A DNA stretch of 64,000 bases from the human T2T-CHM13v2.0 reference genome, Homo sapiens, in the NCBI RefSeq assembly GCF_009914755.1, contig NC_060947.1. The stretch is one strand, 5' to 3'. The notes below the pieces were generated by a model that saw only the letters and a list, made by a program, of their open reading frames with translations, ran no database searches and was not told the origin of the DNA. Position 1 is the stretch's first letter, and every line of letters starts with the position of its first letter. Shown in pieces: positions 1 through 21,168 of the stretch. The position numbers and the translations under genes were made by a program.

Positions 1-150
1 ATAATTTTTAAAAAGTTAGCCAGGCATGGTGGCACATGCTTTGTACTCCCAGCTACTCGGGAGGCTGAGGCAGGAAGATCGCTTGAGCCCAGGAGTTCAA
101 GGCTGTAGTGAACTATGACTGCATGCAGCCTGGGCAACAGAGACCCTGAA
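1..150 (+). mobile_element. Alu right arm (AluJ-like), truncated by window edge
   Basis: ttagccaggcatggtggc...gaggctgaggcaggaagatcgcttgagcccaggag...cagcctgggcaacagag. Confidence 0.9.
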
Positions 151-175
151 GAAAAAGAAAGAAAGAAAGAGAGAT

Positions 176-206
<31 letters not shown>

Positions 207-310
207 AAGAAAGAGAAAGAGAGAAAGAAAAAGAAAGAAAGAGAGAGAGAGAGATGGAAAGAAAGAGAGAAAAAGAAAAAGAAGAAAGAAAGAAAGAAAG
301 AAAGAAAGAA
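148..310. repeat. (GA)n/(GAAA)n purine microsatellite grown from the Alu tail
   Basis: Almost pure A/G tract directly after the Alu 3' end. Confidence 0.9.
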
Positions 311-360
311 CTTTTGCCTATCCAAAGACTCAGGAAAAATAAAAAAGAAAGCCAGCCCTC

Positions 361-1075
361 ATAATGAGATACCACTTCACAGTTACATCTGTTGGAAAAA
401 AAAAAAAAGGATAACAACAAATGTTGGCAAGGATGTGAGGCAACTGGAAGCCTTCTGCATTGCTGGTGGGAAGATGGAGCTGCGCGGCTGCTGTGGGAAG
501 ACTCCTCTAAACGCTACACCTGGAGTCACCACGGGGTCCAGCAATTCTACTCCTGATTATAGACCCCAAAGAATTGAAAACTGGTGTTCAAACAACTGGC
601 ATGTATCTGAGTGTTCAGCGCAGGGCTTCTCACAATAGCCAAAAGGTGGAAACAACTCAAATCTCCATCCACTGATGGACAGATAAACAAAATGTGGTCT
701 ACCCATGCACTGGAATATTAGTCAGCCGTCAAGAGAATGAAGTACTGATACGTGCTACAACATTAGTGAACCTTGAAAACAGTGAAAGGAGCTAGACACA
801 AAAGCCCACATATCGTATGGTCCCATTTATATGAAAAGTCCAGAAGAGGCAAACCCACGGAGACAGAAAGCAGATTAGGGAACGCCTGGAGCCGAGGCTA
901 GGAGTGACCGTGTAGTGAGTCTGGAGGTCTCCTTCTGGGGTGATGAGAATGTTAGACAACCGGACAGAGGTGATGGTTGAACCACACTGCAGATGTACTT
1001 AATGCACTGAATTACATGCTTCCAAATGGTTAATTTCACATTACGTGAAATTATGTGAATTCTACATCAATTTTT
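361..1075 (+). mobile_element. Old L1 (L1M-type) 3' end fragment
   Basis: Typical L1M 3' motifs: ataatgagataccacttcac, tgttggcaaggatgtg, gcaattctactcctg, atggacagataaacaaaatgtggt, cccatttatatgaaaagtccaga. Confidence 0.8.
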
Positions 1076-1088
1076 TTAAGTAAGCCCT

Positions 1089-2040
1089 TGTCATAAATGC
1101 GTTTAATACAGTTGCTGCCTCAGCATCCAACTTTAGCAGTTGTACCCTGTCACCTTTGCCCTAGATAACACCCCTCCCTCCCTGTCATGTGATTGTTTGC
1201 GACATAGCCCACGTGGTCCTCGCCTCACTGACCCAAAACCCAACACATCCCACGGCTGCTGACCACGATAAGACCTAATGCTCAACACCAGAGTCATGTA
1301 AATCAGTTTCCTCCTCGTGCATGTTTTCTTTAAACCAGCCAATCCACAACCCCCGCAGGAAAGCCTGTGGGATCACTTCACACCCTGTGACCTTAATACA
1401 GGCACAGCCCCGGAAGCTTCCCCGCCCTTCCGTTCTGGGCTTCGCTGTTGCACAGCTGATGAGCTCAATCAGCTCCCTGCTGCCTCCAGACTTCCCCTCT
1501 GCCTCCCATCAGCACACCTAACATCTCTTCGATCTGAGTCATACATTTCTTTTTTTTTTTTTTTTTTTGACACAGGGTCTTGCTCTGTCACCCAGAATGG
1601 AGTGCAGTGGTGCAATCATGACTCACTGCAGCCTCAACCTCCCGGGCTCAAGGGATCCCCGCTCCCGCTCAGCCTCCTGAGTAGCTGTGACTACAGGCAC
1701 GCGCCATCACGCCCAGCTAATTTTTTGATGTTTTTGTAGATACCGGGTCTCACTATGTTGCCCAGGCTGGTCTCAAACTCCTGAGCTCAAGCAGTCTGCC
1801 CACCTCAACCTCCCAAAGTGCTAGGATTACAGGCGTGAGCCCCCACGCCCAGCCCATTTCTGCTGTTTCATGCATTTTCGTCTGCCTCCTCACTGTGGCT
1901 CCCCTGACACACACATCCGAACCTAACTTTCCCACGGGTCAGGGATCTCCTAGAAACTGGGTATCTCGGCTATGGCCACTCTCAGTAGAGACATGCCGAG
2001 ACCAAATTAAAAAGAAACCATAATGATAAAAACCACAACA
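1089..2040 (+). mobile_element. Solo LTR (ERVL, MER73/MER74-like) interrupted by an Alu
   Basis: Begins TGT, ends ACA; internal cagccaatccacaacccc (CCAAT) motif; continues on both sides of the Alu. Family name is from recall. Confidence 0.55.
1546..1855 (-). mobile_element. Alu (AluJ-like) with target-site duplication catttct
   Basis: Poly-T followed by reverse Alu consensus; catttct on both flanks. Confidence 0.9.
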
Positions 2041-3365
2041 GCCCTCCTGAAAGCAAACGGATTTAACTGTGATAAACAGCACAGGACTTGCAGTATGGAT
2101 TCTCAGTTTGTGATGCACCAGAGGGGACGCAACAGTCACAGGGAGCCTGGCTGGTTGAAACACTTCTGTGTCCAGATCATGTAAAAGTTTTGAAGAAGAT
2201 TTTACGGAAGTATATGTTTTTAAAATGCCATGAACTCCTGTGTCCCCTGCATCTAACTTAGCCACACAGCCAGGGTGTGGTGAAATGCTCTCAGGTCCGC
2301 ACTTAGCAGCCACGTAGCCTGCTTGTGCCTCTGTGAGACTCTGCTTCCCCAACCATAAAGTAGGCGTCTGAGGGCCAAAGAACAAGGCTGCTTAACCTGG
2401 TGCCCCAGCTCAGTTACGAGCCCGTGACAACAGTGAAAAATCATCAGCAGCCCTTTCTCCTCCTGTAGACCTGCTTGGGCCCTGTAGACCTGCTTTTCTG
2501 CTCACGATGAACATTAGTAAGGGTAGGCTCGCTGCTGCAGCAAACAACCAGACATCCCATGTCACAGTCCAATGGGGGGTACCGGGTCAGAAGTGCAGGC
2601 TTCTAGAATTTGCAGCAAAAGTCTGAGAGGGGGAGAGACAGAGGTATTGCCCTGCTCCCCGGTAGTCACCGCTGTATCAAGAGCGGGCGAAAGACTCGGA
2701 TTTGAGAGGGGTTAAGAGTTTACCTGAGCACAGCATTCTCATTGGCCCCTGTGGCTTGGAAACATACGGGGAAGTTTGTAACTGCCACCAAGTTCTGCTG
2801 TTGCTTAATAGAAAGCTGACCGGGTAAGTGTGATTTTCACAAAAGGGTCTTTGATGCTCCCAAGATTTTAGATTTGGTTGCCATGTCCTATGAAAATAAT
2901 CTGCAAGAGACGCCTGTGACTCTGACTAGTCATCTCATTGACAGTGGTTGCCCTGTAATATTCTTTGATTGTCCTTTAACAGATTCTTAGGCCATGTAAA
3001 CGCTGGCAAGATTTCCCTGGGGAAACTAAAGAGGATGATTCCCACACGCCGCTTCCCCTGCATCAGGCACTAAAAGGACTGCGGAGTTCTTCTTTTCATG
3101 CAAATGCTGAGAATCTTGGCTCACCTAAGGGAATCGCTGCCTCCCTAGCCAGGACGCTGGAGGGACTGGCGTTAATTAGCCACAGACTGCAGCGAGGGGG
3201 ACAGAATGTGGCACCCCCTGAGGGCCCATGGAAACCCAGAGAACGGTCCCAATAGGAATGGAGAGAATCCGTTGAGAGATTGGGTTTGCCTTTTTTTTTT
3301 TTTTTTTTTTTTTCCTCCAATTGGTAGGCCCTAGCCTTATCTTAGAGGGAAAGAAAATCGAGCTA

Positions 3366-3699
<334 letters not shown>

Positions 3700-4195
3700 T
3701 CACCAGAAGGCAGTCATTTTTGAAATAAGTATCTGAGACCCGGCCTGTGCCCCAGCTCAGCTAGGAGCACATGTGAAGAGACCAGAGCTGGCGAGGCGAC
3801 TCCGGTCCTGACTCCCACCTTCCCAGCCGACTGGGACCAAAGGACGCCACCTCCCTAACTAGTGCCAGGTGTCTACCGGACTCTTGCCACCCCCATGTTG
3901 TCCCCTGCCACCACAGGGTCAGGGCCAGCCGCTATGCCGCTGCAACCACCCGGCAGGGGCTGCCAAGCTGGAGCATTTTCGCTAGCAAGGGTCAAGGCAG
4001 GTGTGGGACTGCAGGGAGAGGGCTGGCTCGCCCCACTGCAGGGCCCAGTCGCTAAAAGAAGCATGGACCTGCTCTTCCAACTGGCCCCTCACCCTGGCTC
4101 TCCAGGCTCCTGTCCTGGCTCCCTTTCACCCTCCCATAGGTGGCTCCTGGGAGCGGTTCCTCCTCTGCTTCCAGTCCCCAGAGCCAAGGCCTCAC

Positions 4196-4923
4196 CTACA
4201 CTTCTCCTCCTGAAGGGACTCCAGCAACAGCTGCAGGTCAGTCAGAGACCTCTCCTTTAGGCTGTGATAGGACTCCTGGAGGCTGATGTGGAACCTCTTG
4301 GCTTCTTCCAGCTCTGCCTTTACCTTCTGCAACAGCAGGTTTTGTTGCTGGGCCACATCCTCTGTCTCTAAGCACGTCCCCTGCTGTAAGCTCTGGAAGC
4401 GACTCTCCAAGATGAAGGGCCTGCTGGCATGAGGCAGGTTGACCGGCCCGTCTTCCCCACCTGGCTCGGGGGGCTCTGAAAGCAGGGCCTTCTCACTGGG
4501 TGGCTCGCAGTTGGCTGGGTCGCTTTCTGCCATCAGCAGTAAGCCCTCGGGCCTGCAGCCTTCCTCCAGCTCCTGGAGCTGCTGGTGACACTGGTGGAGC
4601 CTGTGCTCGATCTGGGCGATGGTGGCAGAGGCGCGCTGGTTCACCTTCTCAAAGGCCTGCTGGATGTGCGGCACCTGGTGCCGGTCTGCTTTGGATACCA
4701 GCTTGAGGTAGCTCACAGTGTTGCCATCCCGACTGGCCTTCTCCACTCTCAGCTGCTCTGAGAGGTAGAGGATGCGGTGCCTGACACTATCCTGTAAGTT
4801 GTGGGCTAGGCCTCCATCTGCGAGGCTGGAAGGGCCACTGGGGCCGTCTTCGCTGGATGACAGGGACCGGCATGAAGGCACATTGGAGGGGAGGGTTGCG
4901 CTGGGGCTCCTGGTGTGTTCCGC
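4196..4923 (-). CDS. TEX28: TEX28 large internal coding exon (728 nt; coiled-coil, TMCC-related protein)
   Basis: Open frame AEHTRSPSATLPSNVPSCRSLSSSEDGPSG...LLLESLQEEKCR; acceptor cttgtttcccaacgtag| before 4923 and donor AG|gtgagg after 4196; heptad-rich sequence. Remaining exons lie left of the window. Confidence 0.93.
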
Positions 4924-5374
4924 CTACGTTGGGAAACAAGAAATCACAATACGGTGCTCTGTGAGCCGCAAAGTGTGGGAGAATTGGACACGTTATGACT
5001 CCATAAAACACTTCCACATATGCATGGATACTTACACACGCAAGATTTGTGCATTCAAGATGGGCCCGACACAGACTGAGGAGGTGATGCTCATCTTCAG
5101 GGCCCCTCTCCCCTCCTTTTCAGCGTCTGACTCCTTGCTCTACATGTGTGCCTCACTAAGACCCACAGGTGGCCAGACTCCCTTCTACATCTGCCTGTTT
5201 TTGCACTGCACTCCTATTTTCTCTTCCAAAAATTACCAATTGTGGGTCTCATTTATAAAGAACTGTTCTTGTAAAGTATGGAATAAGCTTATTTCCGTCA
5301 ACTCTTACAGCTTGCTGTATTGCTACTCCCAGGGAGACAGGAAGGGTTAGGCAGAGAGATTTGCCTCCTAACAG

Positions 5375-5490
5375 GTTCATTCATTCATCCAATCATTCAT
5401 TCAACACATACTTTCTCTGAGTGCCTACCACGTGGTACAGAAGCCAGATACATTCCTTGATCTCATACAGCTGACAGTCTACGGCAGAAA
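5375..5490 (-). mobile_element. L2 3' end fragment
   Basis: ttcattcattcatccaatcattcattcaaca...ctgagtgcctac, the reverse of the L2 tail. Confidence 0.65.
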
Positions 5491-5539
5491 ATTCTACTGT
5501 AACACAAAAGAATGAGTCTCTCACATGGTGAGGGGATTA

Positions 5540-6045
<506 letters not shown>

Positions 6046-6059
6046 TATACCTCAATTTT

Positions 6060-6790
6060 TAAAATGCAAAGTGATACCACTATGTACCCAGTAGATTGGT
6101 CAAACTCAGACAGACTAACAACAATAAGAGTTGGCAAGGATATAGCGCAACAGGAACTCTCAATCATTACTGGCGGGAAGCAAATTTGTACTACAGCCAC
6201 CTTAGAAAACCACTTGACAGTATCACAAAGTTGAAGATATACCTACCAAATGATCCAGCAACTGCATTCATAGGCGATATTCCCAGGAGGCAAGTACACT
6301 GATGTTCTCAATATCCAACAACTAGCAACAAACCACCTGCCCAGAAAGTGTAAGTAAACTGTAATATATGCAACAACATACTACTGTACAGCAATGAGAA
6401 TGAACTACAGCCTTGAAAAACATGAATGCATTTCACAAGCATAATGTTGAACAAAAGAAACCAGACAGAAAATCCATACTATATATGGTTCCATTTACAT
6501 AAATTCCAAGAGCAGGCAAAACTAAACAATATTGTGTAGGGATGACTACACAGGCAGGAAAGCTAAAGAGCAGCATGGATGTTGGCAACAGAAACCCCAG
6601 GATGGTGGTTCCCACTAGAGCGGGAGAAGGGGATTATGACTGGGGTGACTGTGGAGGCTGGGGTGCCTGGCCTGAGTAGTGGTTAAATGTGTGTTCACCT
6701 TATCGTTACTTCTTAAAACATACATCAATGTTTTCTGCACCTTTATATACATATGCCAGATTTCACAGTTTTCAAACTATTTAAATGTTC
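6060..6790 (+). mobile_element. Old L1 (L1M-type) 3' end fragment
   Basis: gttggcaaggatatag...ggaactctca, tgatccagcaactgcattcatagg, tggttccatttacataaattccaaga. Confidence 0.7.
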
Positions 6791-6861
6791 AATATAGGCC
6801 AGGTGTGGTGGCTCATGCCTGTAATCCCAGCACTTTGGGAGGCCGAGGCGGGCGGAGGTCA

Positions 6862-9250
<2,389 letters not shown>

Positions 9251-9444
9251 ACCACTGACAAATGTAAGAATTCAACAACTGTTTAAAAAGCAAGTCTTGC
9301 CAGGGCAGTGGTGTGCACCTGTGGTCCCAGCTACTCAGGATGCTGAGGCAGGAGGATTACTTGTGCCCAGCAAGTAGAGGCTGCAGTGACCTGTGACTGT
9401 GCTACTGCCCTCCAACCTGGGTGACAGAGTGAGACCTTGTCTCA

Positions 9445-9912
<468 letters not shown>

Positions 9913-10604
9913 TCATGCCTGTAATCCCAGCACTTTGGAAGCCAAGGTGGGTGGATCTCTTGAGCTCAGGAGGTCAAGACCAGCCTGGGCAACATGGCGA
10001 AACCCCGTCTCTATTAAAAAAAAAATTAATACAACAATTATCCTGGAGTGGTGGTGCACACCTGTAGTCCCAGCTACCCAGGACGCTGAGACGGGAGGAT
10101 CGCTTGATCCCGGGGATGTCGAGGCTGCCATGATCGCACCACTGCCCTCCAGCCAGGGTGGCAGACTGAGACCCCATCTCAAAAAATAAATAAATAAAAG
10201 CAAACAAGAAAAAAAAAGGCTTGAAACATATCTGATAGATAAAGGGCTAATCAACACAATATATAAAGAACTGCAAATCAGTAAACTAAGAGCAAATAAC
10301 CCAATATAAAGACATTAAAGGGTAGCCACGGACATCTCAGACGACGAAAAACAAAAGACAGTAAACGTATAATAAAACATGTAATTGCAAGGTGATCCGG
10401 GAATAGTAAGCGAAAAGCAACAATTAAATACTATTTTCTCATCCACCAGAACGCCAAAAATTAAAAAGCCTAACAATGTCCAGGGCTGGCGAGAATGTGG
10501 CAGAAGGTGATGTCACATACCCTGCAAGTGGGAATCTAAACAGATTCAGGGTTTTGGTTTTTTTTTAATCGCAATTAGGTGGCCTGTTAAATTTTTTTTC
10601 TTGA

Positions 10605-10808
<204 letters not shown>

Positions 10809-10901
10809 TGACCTCAGGTGATCCACCCACCTTGGCCTCCCAAAGTGCTGGGATTACAGGAGCGTGTGCCACTGTGCCCAGCCACTTTTTTTTTTTTTTT
10901 A

Positions 10902-11720
<819 letters not shown>

Positions 11721-11922
11721 TGCCTCATAGAATGTTTTAAAAAAGGAAAGGAGGCTGGCGCAGGCGCCAACCGTCTCAGAACCCTGAGCACTGCCCCACC
11801 CCCACCCTGCCCGCCATAGCCTGGGCTGTTGTGGGGGAGGGGTGACCATTTATCACGAAACAAAAAATTGCGCCACAGCAGCTCCCTCCCTCCCCCACCT
11901 TTACGGTTGCAGCTGCACGTCC

Positions 11923-12047
11923 CACGTGCAGCACCACCCCCTGACACGTGCGGCACCACCCCCTGACACGTGCGGCACCACCCCCTGACACGTGCGGCAC
12001 CACCCCCTGACACGTGCGGCACCACCCCCTGACACGTGCGGCACCAC
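11923..12047. repeat. 22-bp minisatellite, about 5.7 copies of CACGTGCGGCACCACCCCCTGA
   Basis: CACGTG at 11923, 11945, 11967, 11989, 12011 and 12033; units identical except one substitution in the first. Confidence 0.97.
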
Positions 12048-12374
12048 ACAGCTAGTGCCGGAACTTTTTGTGCAGAGAAAGAAGACCCTGCACCCGCGCG
12101 GAGGGAGCCCTTTTGAGATTGCAGGAGAGAAGATGAGAATGGGACTATTTTCAATAACTGTGCACATGCAAGTCACAAACATTCCAGATCCCTTGACTTG
12201 CTTGCGGAGGGAGCGGCCGGCGGAGGGAGCGGCAGGTGGAGGGAGTGGCACGAGGCATGCGGAGGGAGCTGCACCGACATCACATAAACGCACTGGGCAG
12301 CTCGCAGGCGCCATTCGCTCTTCAGACGCCGGAGACGTAGGAGTGGGTCTTCAGACTCCAAAGGGGTTGGACTA

Positions 12375-12508
12375 ATGGCGGATGCTGAGGCGAGGGCTGA
12401 GTTCCCGGAGGAGGCCAGACCTGACAGGGGCACCTTGCAGGTGTTGCAAGATATGGCCAGCCGCTTGCGAATCCATTCCATCAGGGCCACATGCTCCACG
12501 AGCTCCGG
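12375..12508 (+). CDS. TKTL1: TKTL1 exon 1 coding part (134 nt)
   Basis: ATG at 12375: MADAEARAEFPEEARPDRGTLQVLQDMASRLRIHSIRATCSTSSG; donor GG|gtaagt. Confidence 0.93.
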
Positions 12509-12978
12509 GTAAGTTCTCCTCATTGAAGTCTGGGTCATGCAGGGCCACGGGCCCGGTGGCTTCAGGCCTGGTGGCCATGAGGCCGTGTGGTGAAGGGAGA
12601 GCCTTCAGAGGCACAATGGGCTGTGTCGTAATGCCCTGTCTTGGGCTGTTGGGGCCCGGTCGAGCACCCTAGATGGCAGCGAGGCACTATTCCCGCCAAC
12701 CCAAGGGTCGGTCGGTTGGTTGGTCAGCCGCGGGTTCTGGAGCCCGCCCCTCAATTTACCCACGGCCAAAGTTCTGGAGGTCGCCAAGATCTCCAGTTGG
12801 GAGACAAAGGATCCAGACTGGACTGAGGTGGCGGGAGAATGTCACTGGGATCAGATTGGGCTAGCTGTGGTTTTCATTTTAGCGGGGAGCAGGGCTTCCC
12901 TGGTAAGCAGTTGTACTGGATCCCCGAGGGTGAATGAGCGACTCTAACCCAGGATGTGAGGATAAAAAGCAATTAAAA

Positions 12979-15965
<2,987 letters not shown>

Positions 15966-15984
15966 GCCTCTCATTTTCTTTTTT

Positions 15985-17590
<1,606 letters not shown>

Positions 17591-17738
17591 ATTTATTTCG
17601 CCATTGGCTTTTGGTTGTGTAAGAGTGTGTTGCTTAATTTTCACAAATTTGTGAATTTTCCAGTTTTCCATCTATTATTGATTTCTAACCTCATCCCATT
17701 GTGGTTAGAGAAAATACTTAGTGCAATATGTTTTTTTA

Positions 17739-18203
<465 letters not shown>

Positions 18204-18261
18204 TTAAATCTAAATCATCCACTTACAGGACATTTGCAAAGCAAGAGGTTTTAGTCCCCAT

Positions 18262-18407
18262 TTTCTTTCTTTTTTTTTTTTTTTTTAGTAGAGACGGGGT
18301 TTCTCCATGTTGGTCAGGCTGGTTTCGAACTCCCGACCTCAGGTGATCCGCCCACCTCGGCCTCCCAAGATGCTGGGATTACAGGCATGAGCCACTGTGC
18401 CCGGCCT
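18262..18407 (-). mobile_element. Alu left monomer only, with poly-A and apparent TSD agtccccattttctt
   Basis: Poly-T, then tagtagagacgggg...cccggcc; the same 15-mer flanks both sides. Confidence 0.8.
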
Positions 18408-18839
18408 AAGTCCCCATTTTCTTTTTTCTTTTTTTTTTTTAAATGAGACAATTATTTATTTTAGGCAGATAGTCAACTTAAAAATCATTCAGCGTGGGCA
18501 CTCCTGAAACTGTCAGGATCATGTTGGTTTCCTCGCTGTTTGCCGGCTATTGGCATTTGTGTCATCACACACAGTCCGATGAGGTGACAACAGAAAAGCA
18601 TATCTCACTTCTATCGTAGGTTTCCATTCACTTTCGGGTTCTCAATCGCCCTGTGTTTCCTCAGTGATACTCCAGACTTTCCAGATGTTCTGGTTGACCC
18701 ATTCCTCTTTCTTTTTTTTTTGCAAAACAAAGCAAAAAGCAAGAAGAGAACTTTACATTTTGTCCAATAGTCCTAAGAAATTTTCCCTGTAGAGAATGTC
18801 ATCTAAGTCAAAACAAGGGTTGAATAGGGGCACCCAAAT

Positions 18840-19172
18840 CAGTTATCACTTAGGGCTGTTATAAGAAATGCCAAGACTGGGTGGCTTAAACAGCAGATAT
18901 TCGTCTCTCACTGTCTGGAGGCTACAAATCCAAGATCAAGGTGCTAGCATGGTCAGTTCTGGCGAGGACCTGCTACTGGGCTCAAGAGCACTACCTTCCC
19001 CCCCGTATCCTCACATGGTCGGTCTCCAGCCTCTTCTCATAAAGGCGCTGATCCCATTCATGAGGGCTCCACTCTCACAGCGTAATCACCTCCCAAAGGC
19101 CCTGCCTCCAAATACTGTCACACTGGCATTAGGATTTCAGCATAGGAATTCTGGGGGGACACATTCAGTCCA
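18840..19172 (-). mobile_element. MaLR LTR (MLT1-like)
   Basis: agactgggtggcttaaacagcaga...ctggaggc...tccaagatcaagg...taatcacctcccaaaggcc. Confidence 0.8.
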
Positions 19173-19174
19173 TG

Positions 19175-19575
19175 GCCTCCCGTACCTGTGAATGTGATCT
19201 TATTTGGAAATAGGGTTTTGTAGGTGAAATTAAGTTAAGGATCTTGAGATAAGATCATCCTGGACTTAGGGTGGACCCTAAATCCAGTGACTAGTGTCCT
19301 TATAAGAGAAAGAAAAGAGAGATTGGAGACACACAGACACCGTGGAGAAACGCAGGAGAAAAGGTCCTGTGAAGGCAGAGAGGCAGGGACGGGAGTGACC
19401 CAGCTGCAAGACGAAGAACACCTAGGGCCAGCAGTAGCTGGAGAGGCAGGGGCGAGGGCGATCCTCCCCTAGGACCTAGGGAGAGAGCGTGGCCCTGCTG
19501 CCACCTGGATTCTGGATTTCTGTTTTGAGCCATCACGTTTGTGGCAACTCACCCTGGCAGGCTTAGGAAACGAAT
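19175..19575 (+). mobile_element. MaLR LTR (MLT1-like)
   Basis: acctgtgaatgtgatcttatttggaaataggg...gtgtccttataagaga...ggccctgctgccacctggatt. Confidence 0.8.
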
Positions 19576-19682
19576 GCGTTAACCCATTGCATTAGCGCAC
19601 AAAATAACACCCTGACTCGTTTCCTGCGCCAGCCTCCTACCTTGCCTTCTACTTATTAGACCCTACCTCTCATTCCCCATTT

Positions 19683-19692
19683 TTTAAAATTT

Positions 19693-19739
<47 letters not shown>

Positions 19740-19891
19740 TTTTGAGGCAGGGTTTCACTCTGTTGCTCAGCCTAGAGGTGCAGTGGCGTGATCATGGCTC
19801 ACTACAGCCTTGACCTCCTGGGCTTAAGCAACCCTCCCACCTCAGCCTCCCAAGTAGCTTGAACTGCAGGTGCATGCCACCCTGCCCAGCT

Positions 19892-19926
<35 letters not shown>

Positions 19927-20044
19927 GAAAGACGAGGTTTCACCATGTTGCCCATGCTGGTCTCAAACTCCTGGGCTCAAGCAATCCTCCTGCATCATCC
20001 TCCAGAAGAGCCGGGATTACAGGTGTGAGCCCCCACGCCTGGCC
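19683..20044 (-). mobile_element. AluJ-like element with (TTTA)n tail microsatellite at about 19690-19742
   Basis: Reverse Alu consensus preceded by a TTTA array. Confidence 0.88.
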
Positions 20045-20901
20045 TCTCCCTCCTTTTTATCATTCCCTCTTCCCTCGTCTTCCTTGGCTTTCCTCCTCAC
20101 ACCTCCTGCGTTTGGCCCCCTTCCATTTTCTTTTCTGCTTCTCTTTCCCAACTTCCCCCTCATCATGCCAGGGGGACTCCTGGGCTGCGTGCCACCCCCC
20201 TGGAAGTCCCCCATAATGAAGCAGGATTTATGCCTCACACTTCACCATGGGAGAGCAGAAACCTCTCACTTGAAGCAAAAGGCACTGAAAATAAGCAAAT
20301 AGTTATGCATTTGTCACTACCGAGTCCTAGCTGGCTTCCACCCTACCCCCCGCCCCCCACCATCTTCTTGCTCATTCAGGTCATCGTGTTCTCTGATACC
20401 CAGTAACTTCCATCATTTTCTACATGCATTTCTGTTGGTCTTCTGAGAATTGTGATTTTCCAAAGTAGAAAGGGCACATCGTCTTTTTGGAGCCTCAAAG
20501 GTGCAGACACTGATGCGTTGGGGGAGATCACAGTGTGACAAGGATGGGGTGGGAGTGTGTCACCCCCCTTTCTACCGACCCTCAGCAGTGGGGAGAGAGC
20601 AGAGGAGATGGAACCTGAGAGGAAGAAGAGATTTCCAATTACTTCCTTCTCGGTCCCTTCTCCACTGAAGCCTGTTACTCCTCTGCTGCCGGGGCCTCTT
20701 GAGTTTTCTCTCACTGAGCCAGGAAAGAGCTTAGTGAATAAAGAACAAGGTATCCCAGCAATGCAGGGAAGATGTCCAGGACAGTGAGTGTGAACGAGGG
20801 GTCCTGGAGAATGTGCACGCCAGCCCTGCAGGAGAATGTCCACGCCAGCCCTGCAGCCTGGTGGGCTCTGCCATCAGCACCCCAAAACCATTCATCAGTC
20901 A

Positions 20902-21168
<267 letters not shown>

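Larger units (their letters stand above)
11750..12790. promoter_or_regulatory. CpG-rich bidirectional promoter between TEX28 (-) and TKTL1 (+)
   Basis: Raised CpG density; head-to-head gene layout; TATA-like CATAAA at 12283-12288 lies 30 bp before Inr-like CCATT (A at 12313). Confidence 0.75.

Noticed and set aside
97-420. Hydrophobic F/S/L-rich ORFs
   Set aside because: Translations of the GA/GAAA microsatellite.
2462-2496. Direct repeat cctgtagacctgctt with 19-bp period
   Set aside because: Two-copy slippage duplication with no supporting context.
11923-12047. CRISPR-like array
   Set aside because: Units are head-to-tail with no unique spacers, there are no cas genes, and the DNA is mammalian; it is a minisatellite.
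12257-12340. 27-codon upstream ORF before TKTL1
   Set aside because: Its ATG lies upstream of the CATAAA/Inr-predicted start at about 12313, so it is probably not in the main mRNA.
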